This document shows, in pieces, positions 18,091 through 29,542 of a stretch of 64,000 nt of DNA (its first letter is position 1; the number at the start of each line of letters is the position of its first letter). The translations under genes and the position numbers were made by a program. Origin of the DNA: Gemmatimonadota bacterium (lineage in GTDB: Bacteria; Gemmatimonadota; Gemmatimonadetes; Palauibacterales; Palauibacteraceae); NCBI GenBank assembly GCA_039584255.1, contig JBDGYE010000008.1, forward strand, positions 4,188 through 68,187. The letters are read 5' to 3'. The notes under the pieces were generated by a model, which saw only the letters and a program-made list of their open reading frames with translations, did no database searches and had not been told where the DNA came from.

Positions 18091-21000
18091 TCAGCCGGCC
18101 AGGCTTACACCCAGCTTCGCCGTGTCCCGTCCGATTTCCACCGCCTGGACATGGTCCGAGGCGTCGACGGCAGGACCGCCTTCTACCAGCTCGACGGCCA
18201 GGGTCTCGCCCGCGACATAGTCACGAAACGTGGTCACCGCCTCTACCAACTGCTGCGATCCGGTCACCGCCAGCCGAATCCGATCGCTTACATCCAGACC
18301 CGAGTCCCGGCGGAGGCGCTGCACCCGGTTCACCAGCTCGCGGACCATTCCCTCGGCCACCAAATCGTCGGTCAGCGTGACGTCCAGCCCGACGACGAAT
18401 CCGTCCGCGGCCTCGACCGTCAAATCCCCCACCGCTTCCTCGATGACCCGCACGGCTTGGGGGTCCACCTCGGCCTCTTCGCCCTCGACGGAGATCGTGA
18501 CAGAATTCCCCGCCTGGATCTCCCTGATCATCTCGGGCTCCATCGCTACGATCGCGCGGGCCACCGCCGGCGTCCGGTGACCGAAGCTGGGACCCAGCAT
18601 TCCGAACTCCGGTTTCGCGGACAGCCGCACAATATCGTGACCACCGCCCGGGAATACAACCCTCTTCACGTTCAGTTCCTGACGCAGGACCGACTCCAGC
18701 TCTGGAGACACCCGGCGTCCGCTGGGAACGACCGCCAGAAGTGTGGAAAGCGGCTGGCGGACCCGGATTCCCGCCTCCTCGCGAGCGGCCCGCCCAAGGG
18801 TCGCGAGGCGTCGCACATCCTCCATCTCCCTTTCCAGCGGCTCGTCGCGCCGCCCGCGGGGCTCGGGGTACTCCGCCAGGTGCACCGACGCCCCTGCCAA
18901 CTGCCGGTGGAGCCAATCGGCCAGGAAGGGCGCCAGCGGCGCGAGCAGCAGGCTGCAGGTCACCAGCGCCTCGTGCAGGGTGGCAAAGGCGTCGGGGGAG
19001 CGCAGCTCGTCATCCTCTTCCGGGCGGGTCGCCCAGAAGCGGTCGCGGGTCTGTCTGACGTACCAGTTGGAGAGATCATCCAGCACGAATGCCGAGACTC
19101 GTCGGGCGGCCCGGGTCAGGTCGTAGCCCTCCATGTCGGCCCGCATCGCCGCCACCAGTCCGTCAAGGCGACTGAGCAGCCAGCGGTCCATGCGCGCCCG
19201 CGAGTCTGGCTCAGAGACTCCTGCCTCCAGGTGACTCCAGCCATCGAGCCGCGCGTACATTGCGAAGAAGCGGTAGGTGCTGCGCAGGGTGTCGAACAGC
19301 TTTCGGTTGGTCTCCCGGATGGCGCCATCGTCCCATCGCTTGGGCAGCCAGGGGTTGCTGGAAGCCAACAAATAGATCCGGATCGCGTCCGCGCCGTGCT
19401 CGGCCACGGCTTCCCACGGGTCGACCACGTTTCCCCTCGACTTGGACATCTTCTGTCCCGTTTCGTCGAGAATGAGGTCGTTTACGACCACGTTCAGGTA
19501 GCACGGCTCGTCGAAGAGCAATGTCGAAATCGCGAGCAGCGAGTAGAACCAGCCACGGGTCTGGTCGATCCCCTCGGCGATGAAGTGAGCCGGGAAATGC
19601 TCACGGAAGGACTCCTCGTTCTCGAAGGGATAATGCCACTGGGCGAACGGCATGGACCCGGAATCGAACCAGGTGTCGATCACCTCCGGCACACGCCGCA
19701 TCGTTCCCTGGCAGTCCTCCTCGGTGCAGGGCCATGAGACCTCGTCGATCTCCGGCCGGTGTGGATCGAAGTCTTCCCCGAGCGGACCTGCCAGCTCGGC
19801 AAGTCGTCGCAGAGACCCCATCACTTCTCGGTGGGAATCGTCCGAGTCGCACGACCATATAGGAAGGGGCGTGCCCCAGTAGCGGTCTCGCGAGAGGGCC
19901 CAATCGACGTTGTTGTCCAGCCACTCGCCCATACGTCCGCGTCCGATCTCCGGCGGATGCCAGCCGACCGCAGCGTTATGGGCCAGAAGACGGTCCTTGA
20001 CGGCGGTGGTGCGGATGTACCAGGAATCGCGCGCCATGTACAGAAGGGCGCTGTCGCACCGCCAACAGTGAGGATAGCTGTGCTCGTACATTTGCCGGCG
20101 GTAGAGCAGGTCGTTCTCTGTCAGGTACTCGCCGATGGCCTGCTCGGTCACTTCGTCCTTCACCTGCAGACCTGCAAGGCCGCCCGGCACCCGATCCACG
20201 AAGCGCCCGTTCCCGTCGACCGTGTGCTGCATCGGCAGCCCCACTTCGACGCCCAGCCGGAAGTCGTCCTCTCCGTACATCACCGCCGTGTGGACGACAC
20301 CCGTGCCTTCTTCCGTGGTGACGAAGTCTGCCGCCTGGACCGTCCACGCTGCCTCGTTCCCATCGGCCTCCACGGCGCCCGGGAACAGGGGCCGGTAGCG
20401 GCGGCCGACCAGTTCCGCACCCTTGAGCTGCTCGACGACCTCGTATGGGTGGCGGATAGTATCCTCAACCAGGTCGCGGGCCAGAATGAGGACCTCGCCG
20501 GGCTCGGCTCCTCTCGGAAAGGGCACTCCGCTCTCGCCCCCATCAGCGGCGGAATCGGGCTCCCTGATCCTGAGGCGTACGTAGTCGACGTCAGCTCCCA
20601 CCGCGAGGGCCAGATTCCCGGGGAGGGTCCAGGGGGTAGTGGTCCAGCTGAGGACGCGAGCCTGCGCCGGGTCGTCCACGAGGTGGAACTTGATGTAAAC
20701 GGAGGGCTCGGACACCATGCGGTATCCCTGGGCCACCTCGTGGCTCGAAAGACCGGTGCCGCAGCGGGGACAGTACGGCAGCACCTTGTAGCCACGGTAC
20801 AGAAGCCCTTTCTCGTGGACGTCGGCCAGGGCCCACCAGACTGACTCGATGTACTCGGGAGTGAAAGTGATGTACGGCCGGTCGTAATCGAGCCAGTACC
20901 CGATCCGCAGCGAGAGCCGCTCCCAGTCCTCCTTGTAGGTGAAGATGTTCTCCCTGCATACGGCGTTGAATCGCGCTATGCCCAGCCGCTCGATCTCAGG

Positions 21001-21286
21001 CTTGCCGGAGATTCCCAGCTGCTTCTCGGCCTCGATCTCCACCGGCAGGCCGTGGGTGTCCCAGCCGGCGATCCGGGTCGCTGTCCTTGATCGTCCGGGC
21101 AATGATGTGGTGCACGCCAGGGCGACCGTTAGCCGTGGGCGGGCCCTCGTAGAAGACGAACTCGGGCGCTCCTTTCCGCAGCTCCAGGCTCCGGCGGAAG
21201 GTCTTCTCGGCCTCCCAGAGCGCGAGGATCTCCTCCTCAAGCGCGATGGCGGTCGTCGGAAGCTGCCTGTAGGGAGCAGAGGTCAC
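18091..21286 (-). CDS. ileS: isoleucyl-tRNA synthetase type 2, frameshifted at 21079-21082 in this sequence
   Basis: N-terminal frame FYEGPPTANGRPGVHH..RTIKD (GTG 21286); C-terminal frame AGWDTHGLPVE, WTTTPWTLP, DQTRGWF, KMSKS. The two frames differ. Confidence 0.93.
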
Positions 21287-21314
21287 GTCGTCGCCTCTTT
21301 CAAGTCGCCTCTTC

Positions 21315-21944
21315 CTAGACCCCTGCCGTCTCCGCTTCGCCGGAGGTCGCGGCGTCCGCTCCGCCGTCCTCACCTCCGGCCCGATGACCCTTCCGCTCCG
21401 CTCCGGCGGACGCCTCGCTCGCCTCGTATCCTTCCTCCCCCGCGCTCCCTGCCGGCTTGGCCAGACTCTCCAGCGACTCGCCGGCCAGCGCCTGCTGCTC
21501 CTGCTCCACCTCGTCCAGGAACCTCTCGAGTGTGGTGCGGAGAGCCCTGAGAAATCCGCTACGCCGCGTCTTGAGCTCGTTGAGTGCCCGTCGTGAGTCA
21601 TCGACCGCTCGTTCGGCGCTCTTGGTGACATCGGCGGCGGCCTGCTCTGCCTCACGCAGTCGCAGATCGGCCGCCTTCTCGGCTTGCGCCCTCGCCTCCT
21701 CGCGCAGTTCCTGAGCTGTGACGAGCGCTTCGTTAAGCGCCCGCTCGCGCTCCTGGAACGCAGCCAGCTGCTCGCGCAGGACCTCCACCTGTTCCGAGAG
21801 TCGGAGCTCGCTCTGAACGAGCTGTTCCATCCTTTCCGCCACCAGGTCGAGGAAGGAATCCACCTGGCCAACGTCGTAACCGCGTACCGAGCGGCGGAGG
21901 TCTTCCTTCTTCTTTCGAACGTCCAGCGGTGTCAAATCCATCAT
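21315..21944 (-). CDS. divIVA: DivIVA domain protein
   Basis: MDLTPLDVRKK...RGYDVGQVDSFLD, then long coiled coil; ATGA overlap with yggS. Confidence 0.9.
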   Translation of the reverse strand: MMDLTPLDVRKKKEDLRRSVRGYDVGQVDSFLDLVAERMEQLVQSELRLSEQVEVLREQLAAFQERERALNEALVTAQELREEARAQAEKAADLRLREAEQAAADVTKSAERAVDDSRRALNELKTRRSGFLRALRTTLERFLDEVEQEQQALAGESLESLAKPAGSAGEEGYEASEASAGAERKGHRAGGEDGGADAATSGEAETAGV

Positions 21945-22645
21945 CTGCCTGGTCTCTCTCCGAGCAAGATCGTTCCCAACCGTACCTCGGTGCTCCCTTC
22001 CTCCACGGCGAGCTCGAAGTCGTTGCTCATTCCCATCGACAGCTCGATTCCGCGGAGGCCGGAGATGGCTCGCCGGCATCGCTCCAGGCACTCCCGCGTC
22101 CGCCGGAAACAGTCGCGCAGCGTATCCTCGTCGTCGACGAACGGCGCCATAGTCATGAGCCCGCGTACCTCGAGGCGCGGCAGCTCACACAACTCACCGA
22201 TCGCCTCATCCGCCTCGGATAACGGGAAGCCGCCTTTGGCGGCCTCTCCCGAGGCGTTCACCTGAACAAGAACCGGAACCCGGCCGAGGCCGGTCCGTTC
22301 TGCCACCGCGTCGATCCGCTGACCGAGCCGGAGCGAGTCGACCGACTCGATGACATCGAACAGCTGTACCGCGCGGGCTGCCTTGTTACGCTGCAGGTGG
22401 CCCACCAGGTGCCAGCGCAGCCCGAGCGTGCCCAGCGCATTCTGTTTCGCCTCGGCCTCGGCGACCCTGCTTTCACCGATAATCTCGAATCCCAGGGCTG
22501 CCACCCGCTGCACGAGCCCCAGCGGATGGCCCTTCGTTATCGGAAGAACGCGGATGCCTGCGGGATCCCTGCCGACCCGCTCGGCGGCCCGCGCGAGGCT
22601 CTCCTCCACCACCTCCAGCCGGCCCCTGATCTCGCTGTCACTCAC
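21941..22645 (-). CDS. yggS: PLP homeostasis protein YggS
   Basis: ITK (PLP lysine), WHLVGHLQRNK, GLMTM, LSMGMSND, VRLGT. Confidence 0.95.
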   Translation of the reverse strand: MSDSEIRGRLEVVEESLARAAERVGRDPAGIRVLPITKGHPLGLVQRVAALGFEIIGESRVAEAEAKQNALGTLGLRWHLVGHLQRNKAARAVQLFDVIESVDSLRLGQRIDAVAERTGLGRVPVLVQVNASGEAAKGGFPLSEADEAIGELCELPRLEVRGLMTMAPFVDDEDTLRDCFRRTRECLERCRRAISGLRGIELSMGMSNDFELAVEEGSTEVRLGTILLGERPGR

Positions 22646-22652
22646 GGCGGGC

Positions 22653-22681
22653 AGTCTAGCCGCGAGGCTGTTTAACGGCAA
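22653..22681 (-). promoter_or_regulatory. sigma70-type promoter TTGCCG-17-TAGACT, 7 nt before yggS GTG (leaderless)
   Basis: -35 at 22676-22681, -10 at 22653-22658, GTG at 22643-22645. Confidence 0.65.
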
Positions 22682-22717
22682 CGGATCGTGTAGGCCTGTC
22701 GCGACGTGCCCACGCCA

Positions 22718-22758
22718 CAAACGACGAAGGGCCGCCCGCTCATGTCCGCGGACGGCCC
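22718..22758 (-). terminator. probable intrinsic terminator after tonB
   Basis: GGGCCGTCCGC-loop-GCGGGCGGCCC followed by TTCGTCGTTT. Confidence 0.6.
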
Positions 22759-22785
22759 GACTCGTAAACCTCTAATCGTGTGGAG

Positions 22786-23487
22786 TCAGCTCGTGACGCT
22801 GAAGTCGATGGGTTGCGCGATCCAGACGCCGACCGGCTTGTCCCGGTTCATGGCCGGGGAGAACTCCATCTGCTCGACGATCTGCGCGGCCGCATTGTCG
22901 AGAGCCGGATAGCCGCTGGACGTATGGATCTGCGACTTCGCGGCTTGGCCCTGTGCGTCCACGAACACCCATAGCAGTACCCGGCCGCCGATTCCGGCCT
23001 CCCGCAGCATTGGCGGATAGAGCCGCTCGAGCAGTCGCTGTATGTCACGCCCGTTCTTCAACCGCGGCTCGACGTCGCGCGGGATGTAGGACGGCATGTC
23101 GGACGGCGCAGCCCCTGCCGGCGGCGGCGGCAGAGATTCGACCGGGTTGTCCTCGAACGTGGTGGGGGCGATGGTGATGTCCTCCGAGACTTCCGCTGCC
23201 GCCACGCGAGGCGTCGCCGGGCGGGCGATCTGCTCTGGTGGCGGCGGAATCTTCACCTCCGGCGGCAGTTCGATGGCCGCCAGCTCATCCCCCACGACTC
23301 CCAGGTCCGCGGCCTGGAGCTGCGGGAACCAGTTGAAGAGCGCGAAGTGGAGGAATGTCGCTACCATTACGCAGATGTACGTCCAGGCCGGGTAGCCGCG
23401 CTTAAACCGCTCGTTGGCCGTCATCCACGTGGCACGGCCTGTTCTCCTGGACTGGCGTGCCTCGCGTAGCTCGTCCTTGAAGCCCAT
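22786..23487 (-). CDS. tonB: TonB-family energy transducer
   Basis: TM with His, proline-rich linker, YPPMLREAGIGGRV, SSGYPALDNAA, FSPA; GGAGGT SD. Confidence 0.9.
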   Translation of the reverse strand: MGFKDELREARQSRRTGRATWMTANERFKRGYPAWTYICVMVATFLHFALFNWFPQLQAADLGVVGDELAAIELPPEVKIPPPPEQIARPATPRVAAAEVSEDITIAPTTFEDNPVESLPPPPAGAAPSDMPSYIPRDVEPRLKNGRDIQRLLERLYPPMLREAGIGGRVLLWVFVDAQGQAAKSQIHTSSGYPALDNAAAQIVEQMEFSPAMNRDKPVGVWIAQPIDFSVTS

Positions 23488-23491
23488 GCGC

Positions 23492-23935
23492 CTACCTCCT
23501 TGCGCGCTGTACTCGCTGCTCGACCCGTGTGGCAAATGTCACGCGAACCGCGCCCGAGGCTTGAAGCTGCTCGGTGATGGAGTTGATCTGGTTGTAAGGA
23601 ACATCGCGATCGCCCCGGATCGCCACCACCAGCTCCCGGTTCTCCGCGTAGATGGGCCGAACGACGTCTGCGATGTTGTCGTAGGAGATGTTCTGGTCGT
23701 TGATGAAGACCGCCCCCTCCTCCTCCACCCAGACGTGCAGAATGTTCTTACGTTTCTCGTCGATCTTCTGCGTCGCCTCGGCGTTGGTCCAATCGATGGG
23801 CCGGTTCTTCTCCTTCCGGAACACCGTCGAGACCATGAAGAAGATCAACAGCAGGAACGCGATATCCGCCAGAGACGACGACGGGATGTCGCCACTCGCC
23901 CCCGACTTGCGCTTGAAGCCCTTTCGCTTGGCCAT
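23492..23935 (-). CDS. exbD: ExbD/TolR family protein
   Basis: SLADIAFLLLIFFMV TM with Asp; IRGDRDVPY. Confidence 0.92.
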   Translation of the reverse strand: MAKRKGFKRKSGASGDIPSSSLADIAFLLLIFFMVSTVFRKEKNRPIDWTNAEATQKIDEKRKNILHVWVEEEGAVFINDQNISYDNIADVVRPIYAENRELVVAIRGDRDVPYNQINSITEQLQASGAVRVTFATRVEQRVQRARR

Positions 23936-23936
23936 G

Positions 23937-24359
23937 CTACTCCTCGAGCATCTGGAGCGAGATGCGCTCCGCCCCGGCGATCTTCACCTCGTCCAGCACG
24001 TTGATCATGTGGCGGTACGCCGCGTTGGGATCCGTCTTGATCGCCGCGATGAGGTTCGGGTTCTGGGCAAGCTCCTGTCGCAGGATCACTTCGACCTGCC
24101 TGTACGCAACGACCTGCTCCTGCTCGCTCTCGCCCCGCTTGACGACCACCGAGCCGTCCGGTCGCACTAGGAAGAAGATCAGGTTCTTGGCCGAGACATC
24201 CTGCTCGGCCGCCTGCTCCGGGAGCACTATGGGCAGTCCCTTTTCCTCGTTGAACACCGTGGTGGTCAGGAAGAAGATCAGAAGCAGGAAGGCGATGTCG
24301 GCCATCGAGGCCGTTGGAATCTCGTCCGACACCCGCTGTTTGCGCCTGAGAATCGGCAT
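23937..24359 (-). CDS. exbD: ExbD/TolR family protein
   Basis: SMADIAFLLLIFFL; IKTDPNAAY..VLDEV. Confidence 0.92.
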   Translation of the reverse strand: MPILRRKQRVSDEIPTASMADIAFLLLIFFLTTTVFNEEKGLPIVLPEQAAEQDVSAKNLIFFLVRPDGSVVVKRGESEQEQVVAYRQVEVILRQELAQNPNLIAAIKTDPNAAYRHMINVLDEVKIAGAERISLQMLEE

Positions 24360-24395
24360 CTCTCGTCTACCTCTCTCCGCCGTGCGCCCGCGCCG

Positions 24396-25076
24396 TCACT
24401 CCGCGGGTCCGGTGGGCGCCTCTCGCCCCGCGCTCTGGGTCCTACCCTCGTATTGCCAGATCAGGTCCAGAACGGCCGCGGCGCCTCTTTCCATATCGGT
24501 GATCAAAGTGTCGATGCGGCTCACGAACCAGTTGTAGAACACGTTGACGGGAATGGCTATGGCGAGCCCGGAAGCGGTCGTGATCAGCGCCACCTTGATG
24601 CCGGAGGCCACGAGAGCTGGCTCAACCTGGCCGGCCGCCTCGATGGCCGCGAAGGCCGAGATCATCCCGATCACCGTACCGAGGAAGCCCAGCATGGGCG
24701 CCACGTTCGCGATCGTGGCCAGGATCACCATGCCCCGCTCCAGAAAGTCGAGCTCGATGGTGCCGGTCGTGGCGATCGCCTTCGTCACGTCCTTGCCGGA
24801 GTGCTTCTCCTTGACGCGCTGCAGGCCGGACATGAGGATGGCCGCCACCGGCCCACGGGTTTCGCGGGCCCGCTCGAGGGCTTCGTCAACCCGGCCCGTT
24901 GTACCCAGCTCCTCGATCTCCTGGAGGAGCCTCTTGGAATCGAGATGGGCCACGATCAGCGTCCACCCCTTGGCAAGGATCACGCCCAGCGCCACCAGAG
25001 AGCAGAGGACGAGCGGGACCATCATGAACCCGCCATCGCGGAAGATCGTCAGAAGTTCGTAGCTGGTATCTTGCAC
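24396..25076 (-). CDS. exbB: ExbB/TolQ/MotA proton channel protein
   Basis: APMLGFLGTVIGMI, GIKVALITTASGLAIAIP. Confidence 0.92.
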   Translation of the reverse strand: MQDTSYELLTIFRDGGFMMVPLVLCSLVALGVILAKGWTLIVAHLDSKRLLQEIEELGTTGRVDEALERARETRGPVAAILMSGLQRVKEKHSGKDVTKAIATTGTIELDFLERGMVILATIANVAPMLGFLGTVIGMISAFAAIEAAGQVEPALVASGIKVALITTASGLAIAIPVNVFYNWFVSRIDTLITDMERGAAAVLDLIWQYEGRTQSAGREAPTGPAE

Positions 25077-25132
25077 CCGGTCGTCTCCGTCTGACCTTGT
25101 GGATCGGGCCTCTGTTCGCCTCGGGAGTGCGT

Positions 25133-25161
25133 AGTTTACCCCTCCATTGGGGAACCGTCAA
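25133..25161 (-). promoter_or_regulatory. sigma70-type promoter TTGACG-17-TAAACT for exbB-exbD-exbD-tonB
   Basis: -35 at 25156-25161, -10 at 25133-25138, in the cdaA-exbB intergenic region. Confidence 0.75.
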
Positions 25162-25168
25162 CGAAACT

Positions 25169-26035
25169 TCACCGGTTCGCGTCACCCCCCACGGTGACCA
25201 TTCCCGATCGCTCCGGCCCTTCCTTGCTCACCGTCAGGTCCCCTTTGCCGCTCTCCGGGAACCGGCCCTCTTCCCCACCCGCCTCGATTCTGGCCTTGAG
25301 CTCATCTGGCCGGAGCCCGCGGAAAAGCTGACCGCGGTGGGCCAGGGAGATCTGACCGGTTTCTTCCGAGACGACGACGACCAGCGCATCGGTATCCTCC
25401 GCGAGCCCAACAGCGGCCCGGTGCCGGGTCCCCAGCGTCCGTTCGAGGGCTGGTGACTCCGACAGCCGCAGGATCACCGAGCCGGCGTACGCGACCTTAT
25501 CGCGCCTCACGATCACGGCGCCATCGTGTAGCGGGGAGTAAGGGGTGAAGATCGTCGTCAGCAGTTCCGACGTGACCTGGGCGTTCACCGGGGTTCCATG
25601 ATCGACGTGATTGGCAAGATCGACCTGGCGCTCGATCGCAATGATGCCGCCGATCTTGGCCTTGGCGAGACGGTCTGTGGCCTTCACGATCTCTTCGACT
25701 ACCTCTTGCTGCTCGAGCCGGGCGAAGATCTGGAAAAAGCGGCTCCGGCCCAGGCGAGCTAGGGCAGCCCGCAGCTCGGGCTGGAAGATCACGATTAGGG
25801 CGAACGCGCCGTAGGTGAAGACTTGCGACAGGATGTACGGAATGAGCCGCAGGTCCAGAGCCTGTGCGAGGGCATAGATCGATATGAGCAGTACCAGGCC
25901 GACGAGTACCTGAAAGGCCCTCGTCCCCGTGTAGATGAGCAGTACGCGGTAGACCAGGTAACCGACAACGAGGATCTCGATCAGATCCTTCCAGTCGAAC
26001 TGGAGGAAGCTCAGATAGTCGAGGATCGCCTGCAT
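25169..26035 (-). CDS. cdaA: diadenylate cyclase CdaA
   Basis: Three N-terminal TMs, FQPELR, HDGA, GTRHRAA, VSEETG. Confidence 0.95.
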   Translation of the reverse strand: MQAILDYLSFLQFDWKDLIEILVVGYLVYRVLLIYTGTRAFQVLVGLVLLISIYALAQALDLRLIPYILSQVFTYGAFALIVIFQPELRAALARLGRSRFFQIFARLEQQEVVEEIVKATDRLAKAKIGGIIAIERQVDLANHVDHGTPVNAQVTSELLTTIFTPYSPLHDGAVIVRRDKVAYAGSVILRLSESPALERTLGTRHRAAVGLAEDTDALVVVVSEETGQISLAHRGQLFRGLRPDELKARIEAGGEEGRFPESGKGDLTVSKEGPERSGMVTVGGDANR

Positions 26036-26047
26036 CCCGGTCTCCGC

Positions 26048-26917
26048 TCAGCCGGTGGCCCGGCGTATCGCTTCGGCCATGTCCAGCGCCCGCCTCACCG
26101 GAAGGACATCGTGCACGCGGAACAGTCGAGCGCCCCGCTCCAGAGCCAACAGGCAGGCCGCCAGTGTGCCCTCAACCCGCTCGTTCGTCGGTAGCTCCAG
26201 AACCTTACCGATAAACGACTTACGAGACGGCCCTACCATCACTGGCCGGCCGAGGCAGGTCAGTTCATCGAGCCGAGCCACGAGCTCCAGACTCCCCCGC
26301 GCCGACTTGCCGAAGCCAATGCCCGGATCCAGGACCAATTGATCGTGCCGGCAACTGCGCTCCAGGGCCACGTCGACCTGGCACTCGAGGAACTCCCGCA
26401 CCTCGCCAACCACATCCGAATATGCGACGTCTTCCTGCATCGTTCCCGGAGTGCCGCGCATGTGCATGATGACCAGCCCCGACCCGTACTCGGCCGCCAG
26501 ATCGGCGATCACCGGCTCGAAGCGGAGTCCCGAGATATCGTTCAGCACGGCCGCCCCGGCGTCCAGGGCTCGCCTCGCTACAGCCGCCGCGGTGGTATCG
26601 ACAGAGACCGTCACGCCCTTGCGCACCAGCTCCTGAATGACCGGGCCGACCCTCCCCCATTCCGTCTCAGCGTCTACGGGACGCGCACCAGGCCGCGTCG
26701 ACTCGCCGCCGACGTCCACAAGGTCGGCGCCCTGGGTGACCATCTCCTCGCCGCGCGCTACCGCCGCGTCCGCTCGCAGATACCTCCCTCCATCCGAGAA
26801 GGAGTCGGGAGTCACGTTGAGGATACCCAGAATGATGGGACGATCGAGGGAGAGCGCGCCGCCCCCATGGAGCCAGCGATCCGGGGGACTCTCTATCTGG
26901 ACCGCATCGGATGTCAC
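26048..26917 (-). CDS. folP: dihydropteroate synthase
   Basis: GILNVTPDSFSDGG, GGESTRPG, DPGIGFGK, SRKSF, RVHDV. Confidence 0.97.
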   Translation of the reverse strand: MTSDAVQIESPPDRWLHGGGALSLDRPIILGILNVTPDSFSDGGRYLRADAAVARGEEMVTQGADLVDVGGESTRPGARPVDAETEWGRVGPVIQELVRKGVTVSVDTTAAAVARRALDAGAAVLNDISGLRFEPVIADLAAEYGSGLVIMHMRGTPGTMQEDVAYSDVVGEVREFLECQVDVALERSCRHDQLVLDPGIGFGKSARGSLELVARLDELTCLGRPVMVGPSRKSFIGKVLELPTNERVEGTLAACLLALERGARLFRVHDVLPVRRALDMAEAIRRATG

Positions 26918-26929
26918 GGCGCCTCCGCT

Positions 26930-28918
<1,989 letters not shown>

Positions 28919-28957
28919 CGTGTAGGCTCCACTCCCGTCGGATACGCGTTCATTCCC

Positions 28958-29542
28958 TCACAAGCTCGCCACGAACGGCAGATGCCGGAAGTCCTCGGCG
29001 TGATCGAGCCCATAGCCAACCAAGAACTCTGGCGGAGCATCGAAGCCCACCCAGCGGGGCTCGAGCAGCAGCTCAGGGGCAAGGTGCTTGTGCAGCAGGG
29101 CGCACAGCTCGATCGACGCGGGAGCGCTGGCTTCGAGAGCCCCTGCCAGGCGGTTGATCGTGTTTCCGCTGTCCACGATGTCTTCCACCAGTATCACGTG
29201 ACGTCCCTCGATGGGAGCCGTCGGATTGTACAGAAGCTTGACCTCTCCCGACGTCTTTGTGCCGGCTCCGTAGCTGGAGGCGACGATGAAATCCACGTGC
29301 AGCGGCCGATCGATGTGGCGGACCAAGTCGCTCATGAAGATGAACGATCCCTTCAGCAGCCCGAGAAGTAGAAGGCGCTCACCGGCCGGGTAGTGCTCCA
29401 CTATCTCAGCGGCCATCTCCCGGACCCGATGCTGGATCGCCTCGGCGGAATAGACTACGCGCTTCAGATCTCGTCCTCCGGTGCGAGCCCGGAGGCCGTC
29501 CTCGGTCAGGTACGGGGCCGCGGTGTGAAACTGATCAGACAT
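28958..29542 (-). CDS. hpt: hypoxanthine phosphoribosyltransferase
   Basis: LLKGSFIF, VEDIVDSGNT, FLVGYGLD. Confidence 0.96.
   Translation of the reverse strand: MSDQFHTAAPYLTEDGLRARTGGRDLKRVVYSAEAIQHRVREMAAEIVEHYPAGERLLLLGLLKGSFIFMSDLVRHIDRPLHVDFIVASSYGAGTKTSGEVKLLYNPTAPIEGRHVILVEDIVDSGNTINRLAGALEASAPASIELCALLHKHLAPELLLEPRWVGFDAPPEFLVGYGLDHAEDFRHLPFVASL

Noticed and set aside
18151-20844. 528-aa and 361-aa plus-strand ORFs
   Set aside because: Antisense shadows of ileS.
21060-21100. Programmed ribosomal frameshift in ileS
   Set aside because: No slippery run, and conserved residues are physically absent.
20996-21871. 291-aa ORF as a standalone gene or DivIVA-IleRS fusion
   Set aside because: Its 5' part is an off-frame overlap of divIVA; only 21286-21083 is the genuine IleRS N-terminus.
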